Assembly (NCBI GenBank): GCA_964016885.1 | Contig: CAXHJY010001072.1 | Location: 14,500-78,499, forward strand | DNA length: 64,000 nt | From: Eledone cirrhosa | Lineage: Eukaryota | Reading direction: 5' to 3' | In this document: piece after piece, positions 18,883-31,990 of the stretch | Numbering within the stretch: position 1 is the first letter of the stretch | Layout of the letters: the number at the start of each line of letters is the position of its first letter | Position numbers and translations under genes: made by a program | The notes under the pieces: model-generated | The model's input: only the letters and a program-made list of their open reading frames with translations | Told to the model about the DNA's origin: nothing | The model's database searches: none

Positions 18883-18993
18883 ATAATTGTTTCTACTTTA
18901 GGCACAAGGCCAGCAATTACCCAGTGCATTACTGGTACTTTATTTTATCGACCCCGTAAGGATGAAAGGCAAAGTCAACCTCGGCGGGATTTG
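18883..18993 (-). mobile_element. SINE family A, lacking its head; abuts an HHR unit
   Basis: Matches 36537-36720 up to the B box. Confidence 0.8.
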
Positions 18994-19003
18994 ATAATAA
19001 TAA

Positions 19004-19487
19004 TAATAAAATAACAGGAGGCTGGACTTGTGTAAATCCTTGAAAGGTTTATTATACTATGATCATTTCAACGACCGGGTATAATATATACCTCTGTTAA
19101 GATATAGGTTATTTAGAATAACATTTTTCGCGGCAATTCCTAGCCTGATTGTAGTATGACATTAACGCTGACTTTTCTTCTTTTTTCTGTCTTTTTTTCT
19201 CTTTGACCGGGAGGTTAGTAGCACATTATAAGCTTTCGCCCCCTCACCAGATAGCCTTATATAGCCAGCACTTGAGGGCGACCGGCTAAAGAGGAAGATG
19301 CTAGATGGTTGGTCGTCCTCGGGTCTATGATTTTCAGCCCCATGGATTTTATCTGTTATATTCATTTATTATATTTCGAATACCTGATGATATCACCGGA
19401 TTCATACGGAACCCGGTCATTGAAATGATCATAGTATAATAAACCTTTCAAGGATTTACACAAGTCCAGCCTCCTGTTATTTTATTA
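19004..19487 (+). mobile_element. HHR-bearing unit with 77-bp inverted terminal duplication
   Basis: 19004-19080 is the reverse complement of 19411-19487. Confidence 0.8.
19380..19437 (+). ncRNA. Type I hammerhead ribozyme
   Basis: ATAC-CTGATGA-t atcACCGG...CCGGTcat t-GAAA-TGATCA (palindrome)-TA-GTAT. Confidence 0.8.
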
Positions 19488-19631
19488 TAATATTTAACTC
19501 CGTACTCGCACCACCAACTACACAAACGAAGACGGTTGAGCTGCTTTACGTTGAGTACTCTCCATATTATTACATCAAGATTGACCATACGGAATGACCA
19601 GCTCTATCCAGTGGTGAACCTTCAAACCTAA

Positions 19632-19680
<49 letters not shown>

Positions 19681-19683
<3 letters not shown>

Positions 19684-20936
19684 GGTGCGGACGGTATTTG
19701 AGGACAGATTTATGGTTTAAAAAAACGCTTATATAATAACAGAAGAAAACTGTATTCTTATATAAATAACAAACAAAGATAAATTTAATAATTTCATTCA
19801 ATAAAACCACCATAAACATCAATAACTGCCTCTACACGGGATCGAAATCGTTTGCAAGCTCGGACTAAGTGGCCCTTGTTCATATTGGACATGACTCGAA
19901 TTATCGCTGCTTTCAAAGAATCTTTTGTGCTATGGGGGCGTTCAGTGACATTTTTCTCAACGATGCTCCATACATAGTAATCCAGTGGATTGAGATCTGG
20001 AGAATTAGGAGGCCAAATGTTCGGGGTGATGTGATCATGAAAATTGTTAGCCATCCATTCTTGTCTCAATTGAGCCTTGTGTGATGGTGCAGAATCTTGT
20101 TGAAAGACATAAGGCCTTCCATTGCATACACTGTTAATCCAAGGCTTAACAACTTTATCCAGAACCTCAATATACGCAGCAGCATTCACCCTAAGGCTTT
20201 GTTGAAAAGGGTGAGGAGGCATCACATGTCCTTCATTGCTAACAACACCCAAAACCATGACACTTGCAGGAAATTTTGTGTGCATTACTCTTGGAACCTC
20301 AGAAGGGGCTGCACATAGCCATCTGTCATTTCTTCTGTTACTTTTGTGGTCGTGGTCAAAGTTTTTCTCATCTGAGAAAAACCAAATCACACCATCTTCT
20401 GATGAATTTTTAAGTTTGTTTAAAAGTCGTTTGGATCTGATTAAACGCTTTTTTTTTTCTTTTTTTCTGACATGAATCTATCTCTCCTCATCACGTAAGA
20501 TTTGTATCTGATGTCTTCATACACAACATTTCTGATTGTTTTTTCTGACACACTAAAATTTTTTGCAATTGACCTCATTGATTTTCCTGGATTGTCATCA
20601 ATGTTTTGTTTAACTTCCCGAATAAATTCAGGTGTCCTGATAGAATCAGAGCGTTTGGAATGTTTTTTACGTTTTGATACAGGTAATACGCTTCCATCTT
20701 ATTTCTCTAACTCACACCGAATCTTGTGGACAAAAGATCTTGCAACTTTCAGAAAACGAGAAATTTCTAAATCCCCATGCTTAGCCTCCAAAGCCACAAT
20801 CACAGCAGGCCTTTTCATTTCATTAGTAAGCATAGTTATTTTCATTGTTATTTTCTGAAATAGAAGTTCAATAAAAATTAGTCAAATAAAATAATGACTA
20901 AAAATGCATGTGTCCTCAAATACCGTCCGCACCCTG
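19681..20936 (-). mobile_element. Full-length Tc1/mariner DD37D (maT-type) transposon with decayed transposase
   Basis: 26-bp TIRs CAGGGTGCGGACGGTATTTGAGGACA at 19681-19706 and 20911-20936; inserted in TA repeats. Confidence 0.92.
19794..20845 (-). pseudogene. DD37D transposase; catalytic half open, N-terminal half has a stop codon and probable frameshift
   Basis: FSDEKNF...QQDSAPSH...SPDLNPLDY with 37 aa between D2 and D3. N-terminus reads MKITMLTNEMKRPAVIVAL...CELEK*. Confidence 0.88.
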
Positions 20937-20942
20937 TGTGTG

Positions 20943-21017
<75 letters not shown>

Positions 21018-21122
21018 AGTAGTAGAGCACTCAGTCCATGTGACGAGTTTGGTAAAAGTAGTTCCACAACAGTTAGTTCACCATACCAAGAACAAATATA
21101 TATATATATATATATATAAATA

Positions 21123-21200
21123 CAGGGTGTCCTCAAAGATGTATACATATAATTATTAGAATGCTGTTGAAGTGTGTGTACATTTTGGGGGGACACCCTG
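21123..21200. mobile_element. Tc1/mariner-type MITE
   Basis: TA-CAGGGTGTCC...GGACACCCTG-TA; relatives at 42819-42917 and 42979-43079. Confidence 0.8.
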
Positions 21201-21719
21201 TATGTGTGTTATGTATGTATGCTGAAGAGGAGATGGGATTCGCCAGATTTAAAGAAATTCCCTTGAAACGCCGTATGTCAATACGGCGCCCCTACGATCC
21301 CATCAGGAGTTATGGGACCAAATATACATATATAAGTATGAGTGTCGAATTGTGTTAGCTTAAAGTTAACTGCTTCAACACAGGTTTTTTGGTCGTAGGG
21401 CAATCGGTAGTGCAGCCGAACAGCATAGAGCAGCGGTGTGTATATCTGTCTGTCTATCTATCTAACTAACTCGGTAGATGGATAGATAGATATATAGATA
21501 TAGGACCTTACTATCATAAGGCCGTAGGTTCTATTTCCTGACTGGGTTGTGCGTTGTGTTCTTGAGCAAAACGCTTCAATAGACGCTGCTTTTCATTACA
21601 TGATAGGGACTCCTATCATTAAAACACCTTAGAAACATCAAAATAGGTACAACTTTGTATTAAGCCCGCTATACCTGTATAAGTGTAAACTGTAAATTCC
21701 ATTTTTTCCTCCATCTATA

Positions 21720-21892
21720 ATAATTGTTTCTACTTTTGGCATAAGGCCAGCAATTACCCAGTACATTACGGGTACTTTATTTTATCGACGCCGTAAGGAT
21801 GAAAGGCAAAGTTAACCTCGACGGGATTTGAACTCTGACCGTAAAGGGACATAACTATGTTGGAAAGCATGGTGTCCGACTCTCTACCGATA
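21720..21892 (-). mobile_element. SINE family A
   Basis: Matches 36537-36720. Confidence 0.8.
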
Positions 21893-22415
21893 TCCTCCAT
21901 CTATAATAATATCTATGTATCTCTACCATTTCTTTCGTCGATATTTTTATTTTGTCAATCGTTTTATGATATTTTGATAACTATTTTTTCTCACATTTCT
22001 ATAAAGCATATATAACAACGACTCAATGGCCACGGTGAAAAGTTAATATAGCGAAATCAGCCCCCATCATTGATAAATACTTATGATCAGGAAAGGTCAA
22101 ATGATTTGCTTTGTGTGTAACAACGCGTGGGAGGAAGTAACGTTTGTTAAGTTCCCTTCATTGTTATTATGTATTCCCTATGAAATGTGCGGATATCGTT
22201 TCGTTTCCCCTCCTTGATGTGACAAGTATCCTGGAGCAGGAAATGTTCAGTTATCAGCAAGGTCCAAATTACAAAAAGCAATGTTTTCACGTGATATGGG
22301 GCTAGTGGTCGACCTGCTAGAAATAAACCCCACCATTTTAGCAAGGGACTGAATCAATTGGATAATTTCAGGCCTGTCAAACACTCGATGAAGTATTCAT
22401 GTACTCTGGTGACAA

Positions 22416-22611
22416 TAGACTTGTCAACTCTCCCCATCCGATAGGGAGATCTCCCACTCACTTTCTGGTTGGTGAGAGAGGTCTTCGCTTGTGAAAATGG
22501 GTATAGCTTTCATTATGTAAAATCTACCCATTTTGCCTCGTTTCTTCCTGTTTTGGGGCACCCCTTTTCATGGTACTCCCCGTTTGGGTTTTTTAGAGGT
22601 TGGCAGGTCTG
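22416..22611. mobile_element. MITE with CAGACCTG(T/C)CAAC TIRs
   Basis: Homologous to 35948-36140; right end GTTGGCAGGTCTG. Confidence 0.7.
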
Positions 22612-22849
22612 TAATATAGTCCCTGATACGTATATAAGTTATAGAATTTTCATGGCCGGAATGAACAACTCTGCTTAATATCCTGCTCGGCTTGATATAA
22701 CGGTGACCATCCTGTCTGTTTGTGTATCTTGGCAATTTATCCTTCCTTCTCCAAGACGGTAAATTGTGATATAAAGTAATTAGGTGGCTATGTCTAGCAT
22801 GTCGAGCCTCCAACTGCAGGTTGATAGGGTATTCAAGTTCTTAGTTTGA

Positions 22850-23086
22850 GCCAGACACCTTATTTCACATTGCTCCAGGCCACTCAGCTGGCAAAAATGA
22901 GTTGTACTTGTAATTCAAAGGGGCCAGCCTTGTCACATTCTGTATCATACTGAATCTTCCTGGGAACTACGTTAAGGGTACGCCTGTCTGTGGAATGCTC
23001 AACCACTTGTACGTTAATTTCGCGAGCAGGCTGTTCCGTTGATCGGATCAATTAGAACACTCATCGTCGTAACCGACGGAGTGCCT
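22850..23086 (+). mobile_element. SINE family B-like body and 3' part
   Basis: gacaccttatttcacattgctcca resembles the core in 46757-46950 and 37270-37410. Confidence 0.55.
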
Positions 23087-23942
23087 TCCTTGTCATTATT
23101 CATGTTGCTGAGTTTCTTACTGCCTTTACATCCTTTGATAGTATTGTGGGTGTTGGTGCCAGTGCTGTAACTTTTCACTTTCTAATGCTGTTGGTGGCTT
23201 TCTTGTGGCTACAGTTGTGTTTAATCCCAGATCAGCGTTGATCTAGCAAACCTAGGATTACAAGGCGTTCCAAACATAAACATCGATCCTTTGTTTTTTT
23301 TCGATGACGGTAATATATTATTTGAGGGACGAATTGACTGCTGTTTCTAGCTGATCGTACAACTACAAAGAGTCTTTCTCTTGGACCGCTGCTACTGTTG
23401 TTATAGCTGATGATAATATCATTGTTGGTCTTGCTGTTTGTGATGTTTTTATCTTGTCCGGAAATATTATTTAGGTTTGCCTTTCATGAATAGCGATATA
23501 TAAACATCAGTTAAGTTCTGTTACGGGTAAAAACAGATGCATATTAACTGTGCATGTTTTATCATGTTCTACATCTTTGCAGTCTCTAACATCTCAGGAA
23601 AGGTTAGACCAGGAACAACACAGCATGTTACCTGCAACAACATAGAGCTGGGCAGCTTGATTTTCTTGACAACAAACGCCTACACATGGAATCTTTCAGT
23701 TTTCTCATAAAACATGATGATATCCATTTTTGGCAAGCCACGAAAGACTCCTATTTTATGGATAGAAGGAAATGAAATTTTACGGGGCCTATGACTTTCT
23801 GAAAAGTTAGTAATGGCATAAGTGAATTAGAGGGTATCTTTGCTTCCACCAAGAACGGAAATCGCAACAAGATCTCATAACACATTCTCAATAGCTTACA
23901 AAACGAGATCCTAATATATATTGTATATATATATATACAAAC

Positions 23943-24012
<70 letters not shown>

Positions 24013-24065
24013 TTATATGTATGTCTATGTATAGACTTACACACACACACTTTTATATGTGTATG

Positions 24066-24118
<53 letters not shown>

Positions 24119-24234
24119 ATGTGTGTAGTAATAATATATAAGCGAACAAAGAACCAGTGTTACATCATATATATATATATATATAAATATATATATATGT
24201 ATATATATATATATAAATAAATATATATTTATGT

Positions 24235-24635
24235 ATATATATACGATGTTAATAAATGGAAACTATATTTATAAAACCATATTTATTTCATTATACATAT
24301 TTCAGGGATACCACATTAAATTATGGTATGCCTTCATCAGACAAAATACAATATATTTTACAAATAGGTTTGACGTACCCTTCAAAATACAACCATTACT
24401 TTTGGAGACTGTCTGGATAGTGATTTGTTCATATAATAAGTCATAGTGTTAAGCACAATTAGAAAAAGACGGAGAGAAAGAAAGAGACAAGAACAAAGAC
24501 AGAGATAGAGAAAGAAAAGAGAAAGAAAACCTGGAGAAATATCGGAGAGAGAGAGAAAAGTATGGAGAAAAGAAAGAGATAGATAAAGATAGGAGGAAAT
24601 AAAAAAGAAAGAAAAGGAAGGAATAAGAAAAACAA
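24235..24635 (-). mobile_element. Solo pseudo-LTR of a subfamily related to the PLE at 30430-34987
   Basis: 24251-24351 aligns to 30527-30628 and is followed by a similar GA-rich segment; (TA)n on both sides. Confidence 0.75.
24286..24346 (-). ncRNA. Type I hammerhead motif in the solo pseudo-LTR
   Basis: TTTTGT-CTGATGA-AGGcATACCATaatttaATGTGGTATcCCT-GAAA-TATGTA-TA-ATGAAA. Confidence 0.72.
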
Positions 24636-24699
24636 TATATATATATAAATAAATATATTATATATATATATATAATTATATATATATATATATAAATAA

Positions 24700-24730
<31 letters not shown>

Positions 24731-24825
24731 TATATATATAAATAAATATATAAATATATATATAAATAAATATATATATATATATATATAAATAAATATA
24801 TATATATATATAAATAAATATATAT

Positions 24826-24856
<31 letters not shown>

Positions 24857-24941
24857 AATAAATATATATATATATATATAAATAAATATATATATATATA
24901 TAAATAAATATATATATAAATAAATATATATATATATATAA

Positions 24942-24992
<51 letters not shown>

Positions 24993-25139
24993 AATAAATA
25001 TATATATATATATATATAAATAAATATATATATATATATATATAAATAAATATATATATATATATATAAATAAATATATATATATATATATAAATAAATA
25101 TATATATATATAAATAAATATATATATATATATAAATAA

Positions 25140-25170
<31 letters not shown>

Positions 25171-25441
25171 TATATATATATATAAATAAATATATATATA
25201 TATATAAATAAATATATATATATATAAATAAATATATATATATATATAAATATATATATATATAAATATATATATATATAAATAAATAAATATATATATA
25301 TATAAATAAATAAATATATATATATAAATGAATAAATATATATATATATATAAATAAATATATATATATATATAAATAAATATATATATATATATAAATA
25401 AATATATATATATATATATAAATAAATATATATATATATAA

Positions 25442-25482
<41 letters not shown>

Positions 25483-25519
25483 TATATATATATATAAATA
25501 AATATATATATATATATAA

Positions 25520-25590
<71 letters not shown>

Positions 25591-25591
25591 A

Positions 25592-25636
<45 letters not shown>

Positions 25637-25673
25637 TATATATATATATAAATAAATATATATATATATATAA

Positions 25674-25708
<35 letters not shown>

Positions 25709-25995
25709 TATATATAAATATATATATATATATAAATATATATAAATATATAAATATATATATAAATATATATAAATATATATATATATATATAAATATA
25801 TATATAAATATATATAAATATATAAAAATATAAATATATATAAATATATATATATATATATAAATATATATAAATATATATAAATATATAAATATATATA
25901 AATATAAATCTATATAAATATATATATATATATATAAATATATATAAATATATATATATATATATAAATATATATAAATATATATATATATATAA

Positions 25996-26026
<31 letters not shown>

Positions 26027-26478
26027 AATATAAATATATATAAATATAAATATATATAAATATATATAAATATATATAAATATAAATATATATAAATATA
26101 AATATATATAAATATATATAAATATATATAAATATAAATATATATAAATATAAATATATATAAATATAAATATATATAAATATAAATATATATAAATATA
26201 AATATATATAAATATATAAATATATAAATATATATAAATATATATATATATAAATATATATATATATAAATATATATAAATATATAAATATATATAAATA
26301 TATATAAATATATATATATAAATATATATATAAATATATATATATAAATATAAATATATATATAAATATATATATATAAATATATATATAAATATATATA
26401 TAAATATATATATATAAATATATATATAAATATAAATATATATAAAAATATATATAAAAATATAAATATATATATATA

Positions 26479-26516
<38 letters not shown>

Positions 26517-26727
26517 AATATATATATATATAAATATATATATATATAAATATATATATAAATATATATATATATAAATATATATATATATAAATATATA
26601 TATAAATAAATATATATATAAATATATATATATATAAATATATATATAAATATATATATAAATATATATATATATAAATATATATATAAATATATATATA
26701 AATATATATAAATATATATATAAATAT

Positions 26728-26782
<55 letters not shown>

Positions 26783-26807
26783 AATATATATATATATAAA
26801 TATATAT
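24636..26807. repeat. (TA)n field with TAAA interruptions; similar tracts at 28070-28970 and 29376-30428
   Basis: Direct inspection. Confidence 0.97.
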
Positions 26808-26950
26808 GAAACGTGTAATTTACTACACAAAACGAAGGTTATAGAGAAAATTGAGGTTGGTAATGGCACATGGAATATATAAGAGACAGAATACTTTTTT
26901 GTGAAAAAACATATAATTTTATAAGGTAAGGAAATAATAAAGGGTATAAA

Positions 26951-26997
26951 AAATGACCGGTTTCGATGGGTCTGCAAAAGCCATCTTTTCAAATGTT
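26951..26997 (-). ncRNA. Degenerate HHR-like motif (PLE pseudo-LTR relic)
   Basis: TTGAAAA-GATGG cttttgcagac CCATC-GAAA-CCGG-TC; core deviates from CUGANGA and stem I is weak. Confidence 0.4.
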
Positions 26998-27349
26998 GAT
27001 TAATATTAAGAAAAATTAATAATAGGAAGAGTTAAAATTTGAGATTTGAAAATTCAAGTATAAAATTCATTGTGGGATTTCATAGTAGTTTTCATCTTGG
27101 TAGCAGCTCGTTGACTGCTTCTGGTAGTGAATGAGAAGTTATTTGGGGGTGTGGGTTATTTTATAAAGGTCAAATTTAGCAATGGCCAGATGGCCAGCTG
27201 CTGGTCAGTGAGGGGTGGAAGCAATATACATACATATATCTTCCTGTGCTCGGTAGGAGAGGGGAGATTGATAGAAAGGGATTTAGTGCACTTACACCTA
27301 TATATACACACATACCTTCATCCACACATACATACATATACATATACAT

Positions 27350-27380
<31 letters not shown>

Positions 27381-27457
27381 CATATACACACATACATACA
27401 CACACACATACATATACATACACACATACACACACATATATATGCACATACACACAC

Positions 27458-27488
<31 letters not shown>

Positions 27489-27520
27489 TATATATATACA
27501 CATACGCATACATCCAGATA

Positions 27521-27559
<39 letters not shown>

Positions 27560-28068
27560 GCACACAATACATACATCCACATGCACACACATACACACAC
27601 ACACACATATACACATACATACACCCACACACAGAGAAATGGCCTCCAAATATATATATATATACATACATACACATATATTGTTTCCATAATATAAGAA
27701 GTTAGGGCAGTGAAATTAAAATACAAGTCATTCTGATCACATTGAGTTCTTCATGTAGATTGGGCCCCGCAACCGACAGTGGTGAATTCTGTGTGCGCAT
27801 ATATATATAGATATATGTGTGTGCACGTGCAGGGTTTAACATGGATGTGTTGGTCACACAAAGGCATGGTCTGTCAACGAATAAACCTGATTCTACAGAA
27901 TTGGTCTCTGGTCTTTAATAGTAGTGATTCCGTGCGTATGTGTGTTTATATTTTATGACAATTCTATTGGGGTGATAACCCGTTTAGTTTTGGTTTAAAT
28001 TTTTTAAGGAATAGATTTTCTTTGTTTATTCTTTGTTGCTGTGTGAACGAATCTGAGCACTTGTAGAA

Positions 28069-28123
<55 letters not shown>

Positions 28124-28216
28124 AATATATATATATAAATATATATATATAAATATATATATCTATATATATATCTATATATATATAAATATATATATAA
28201 ATATATATATAAATAT

Positions 28217-28247
<31 letters not shown>

Positions 28248-28248
28248 A

Positions 28249-28281
<33 letters not shown>

Positions 28282-28516
28282 AATATATATATAAATATAT
28301 ATATAAATATATATATAAATATATATATATAAATATATATATATGTAAGTATGTATGTATACGTACATACATATATGTATACAGACGTACAGTAGCATGT
28401 ATATATATACATACAGGCACACATATATATATGCACGTATCAGTTTACCGAACATTTATTATATATATATAAATATATATATATATATAAAAATATATAT
28501 ATATATATAAAAATAT

Positions 28517-28549
<33 letters not shown>

Positions 28550-28576
28550 AAAATATATATATATATATAAAAATAT

Positions 28577-28713
<137 letters not shown>

Positions 28714-28714
28714 A

Positions 28715-28763
<49 letters not shown>

Positions 28764-28818
28764 AATATATATATATATAAATATATATATAAAAATATAT
28801 ATATATATATAAAAATAT

Positions 28819-28851
<33 letters not shown>

Positions 28852-28876
28852 AAAATATATATATATATAAAAATAT

Positions 28877-28967
<91 letters not shown>

Positions 28968-28970
28968 AAT

Positions 28971-29375
28971 ATAAAATATTAAACAAATAATGAACAAACA
29001 ATTCCTTATATTAAACAAAAAAAGTTCACTATTTAACGATCGTTTCTAGGGTATATATGTGTTATAATTGGTATGCATATTCAACAGATCTATGTACAAA
29101 ATTACAGTAATTTTGTACATAGATCTGCTGAATATGCATACCAATTATAACACATATATACCCTAGAAACGATCGTTAAATAGTGAACTTTTTTTGTTTA
29201 ATATAAGGAATTGTTTGTTCATTATTTGTTTAATATTTTATCTTGACTCTGTATACCGTTTATCTTTCACCGAAAGTGGATTTTCATTACATCTCTTCTT
29301 TCCATGATATCCGGAATACATTGAGTTCTTCATACGGATTGGACACTACCGTAAACTCTTGGTAGATTTATCTAC
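28971..29375 (-). mobile_element. Pseudo-LTR-like unit with a 135-bp-arm fold-back palindrome (28971-29241, centre 29106)
   Basis: Arms differ at about 1 position; 29235-29375 is homologous in inverse orientation to 43375-43515. Confidence 0.7.
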
Positions 29376-29406
<31 letters not shown>

Positions 29407-29465
29407 AATATATATATATATAAATATATATAAATATATAAATATATATAAATATATATAAATAT

Positions 29466-29560
<95 letters not shown>

Positions 29561-29563
29561 AAT

Positions 29564-29616
<53 letters not shown>

Positions 29617-29651
29617 AATATATAAATATATATATATAAATATATATATAA

Positions 29652-29684
<33 letters not shown>

Positions 29685-29697
29685 AATATATATATAA

Positions 29698-29728
<31 letters not shown>

Positions 29729-29832
29729 AATATATATATAAATATATATATAAATATATATATAAACATATATATAAATATATATATAATATATATAAAT
29801 ATATATATAAACATATATATAAATATATAAAT

Positions 29833-29865
<33 letters not shown>

Positions 29866-29927
29866 ATATATTTAAATATATATATATATAAATATAAATA
29901 TATATATATATTTAAATATATATATAA

Positions 29928-29972
<45 letters not shown>

Positions 29973-30034
29973 TATATATAAATATATAAAATATATAAAT
30001 ATATATATAAATATATATATAAATATATATATAA

Positions 30035-30067
<33 letters not shown>

Positions 30068-30160
30068 AATATATATATAAATATATAAATATATATATAT
30101 ATATATAAATATATATATAAATATATATATATAAATATATATATAAATATATATATATAA

Positions 30161-30191
<31 letters not shown>

Positions 30192-30278
30192 AATATATAT
30201 ATAAATATATATATAAATATATATATAAATATATATATAAATATATATATAAATATATATATATAAATATATAAATAT

Positions 30279-30309
<31 letters not shown>

Positions 30310-30338
30310 AATATATATATAAATATATATATATATAA

Positions 30339-30395
<57 letters not shown>

Positions 30396-30561
30396 AATAT
30401 ATATATATAAATATATATATATAAATATGTGGAAAGTTATATTTAAATTGTTGGGTTACAACGAGTAAATATTTATAACTGATATAAAAGCACTCAACAA
30501 GTATTTGGAGTATATTTACGATATTAAATAAATGGAAATTATATTTATAAAACCATATTTA

Positions 30562-30623
30562 TTTCATTATATATATTTCAGGGATATCATATTAAAAATA
30601 TGTTATGCCTTCTTCAGACAAAA
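30562..30623 (-). ncRNA. Type I hammerhead motif in 3' pseudo-LTR (identical copy at 34393-34454)
   Basis: TTTTGT-CTGAAGA-AGG...CCT-GAAA-TATATA-TA-ATGAAA. Confidence 0.72.
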
Positions 30624-30882
30624 TACAATATAAACAGTCTTATAAATAGATAGATTCGACATACCTTTCAACATCGACTTGCATTTGAAAAGTTGATTTG
30701 GTAGTAAAAATATTATGGACAGTTGTAAAAAGAAAGAAAGAAAGAAAGAAAGAAAGAAAAACGAAGAAAAAGAAGAAATGCATGCAACTAAATAGAGAGA
30801 GATAGAAAGATATATAGAGAAGAAATTCATGTAAAGAAACAGATAGAGATATATAGAGAGAGGAAAAAAAATAGAGGGAGAT

Positions 30883-30914
<32 letters not shown>

Positions 30915-31990
30915 AAATATAGAGAGATAGATATAGATAGAGATAGAGAGAAAGAAACTAGGTAGTTGAGCACCAGTTGAATGACGTATCAATGATACAT
31001 TTATTTATTTATTTATTTATTTATTTAGCTCTAGTAGAGAGAGATATATGTGGTTAGGAGAGTAAACAGCCGTTATATAGAGAGAAAAAAGAAAAATAAC
31101 CAGACATAAACGAGGCAGATTTAAAACACTATGTTTCATCAGCGCAGAAATATTAGTTCGTATAAAACAGGCATTATAATGTAAATATCAGTATTCATGA
31201 ATGAGACACGTATCTATAATGTGTGAAAAATAATGATCATATGTCTAGTTTAAAAATCCATAGGTCCACACCAGAGCCGAGATAAAATAGAAGGTTATCC
31301 CATATTCAATACTATAAACATGTGAATTTACGTGATCAACTCTGCAAATTCCTATTTCACACGAAAACATTCTCATTGTGCTATAAAAGTTCTAGTATAC
31401 ATATATGTGTACACACATATATATATAGAGTCTATATTAATTTTAACAATACTATTCTTGTCTTTACTCTACATGACCATCGTTCAAGCAGAGATAGAGA
31501 ACAGACACCAATACATTAATAAAATAATAAAAAGAAAAAAAAAATATCAGAAACAAAAAATAAATAAACAGAAAACTAAAAAATATTAAGAATAAAAATA
31601 TTAAAAATGTTAAAAAATATTAAAAAATATTAAAAAATAAAACATAGTATGCCCCGCAAATCCACCACAGAGATCAGCCCTTCAAAGTTAATCGACAATA
31701 TATTGCCAAGTTCATTATAAGCATCAGAATCAAAAGCAAACAAAACCAAAAATTATTTACCAAATCCTGTCTAGCAGAAAAACATTCCAAAAGTTTAGGA
31801 TACCCATTTGGTCTACAGATGTTCTTATATTTAATATAGAAGTTTATCTAGTGTAAAATTTATTCGATATATTTGGAGCTTCAGCTTTTAGGGTAGTTAA
31901 TTATTCATGAAGAATGTTTAAAATAAAAAAGAAGAAATCGAAAGATTTATCTGCGAGTTTCATAAATAATTACAAATCAAACTAAATAAA

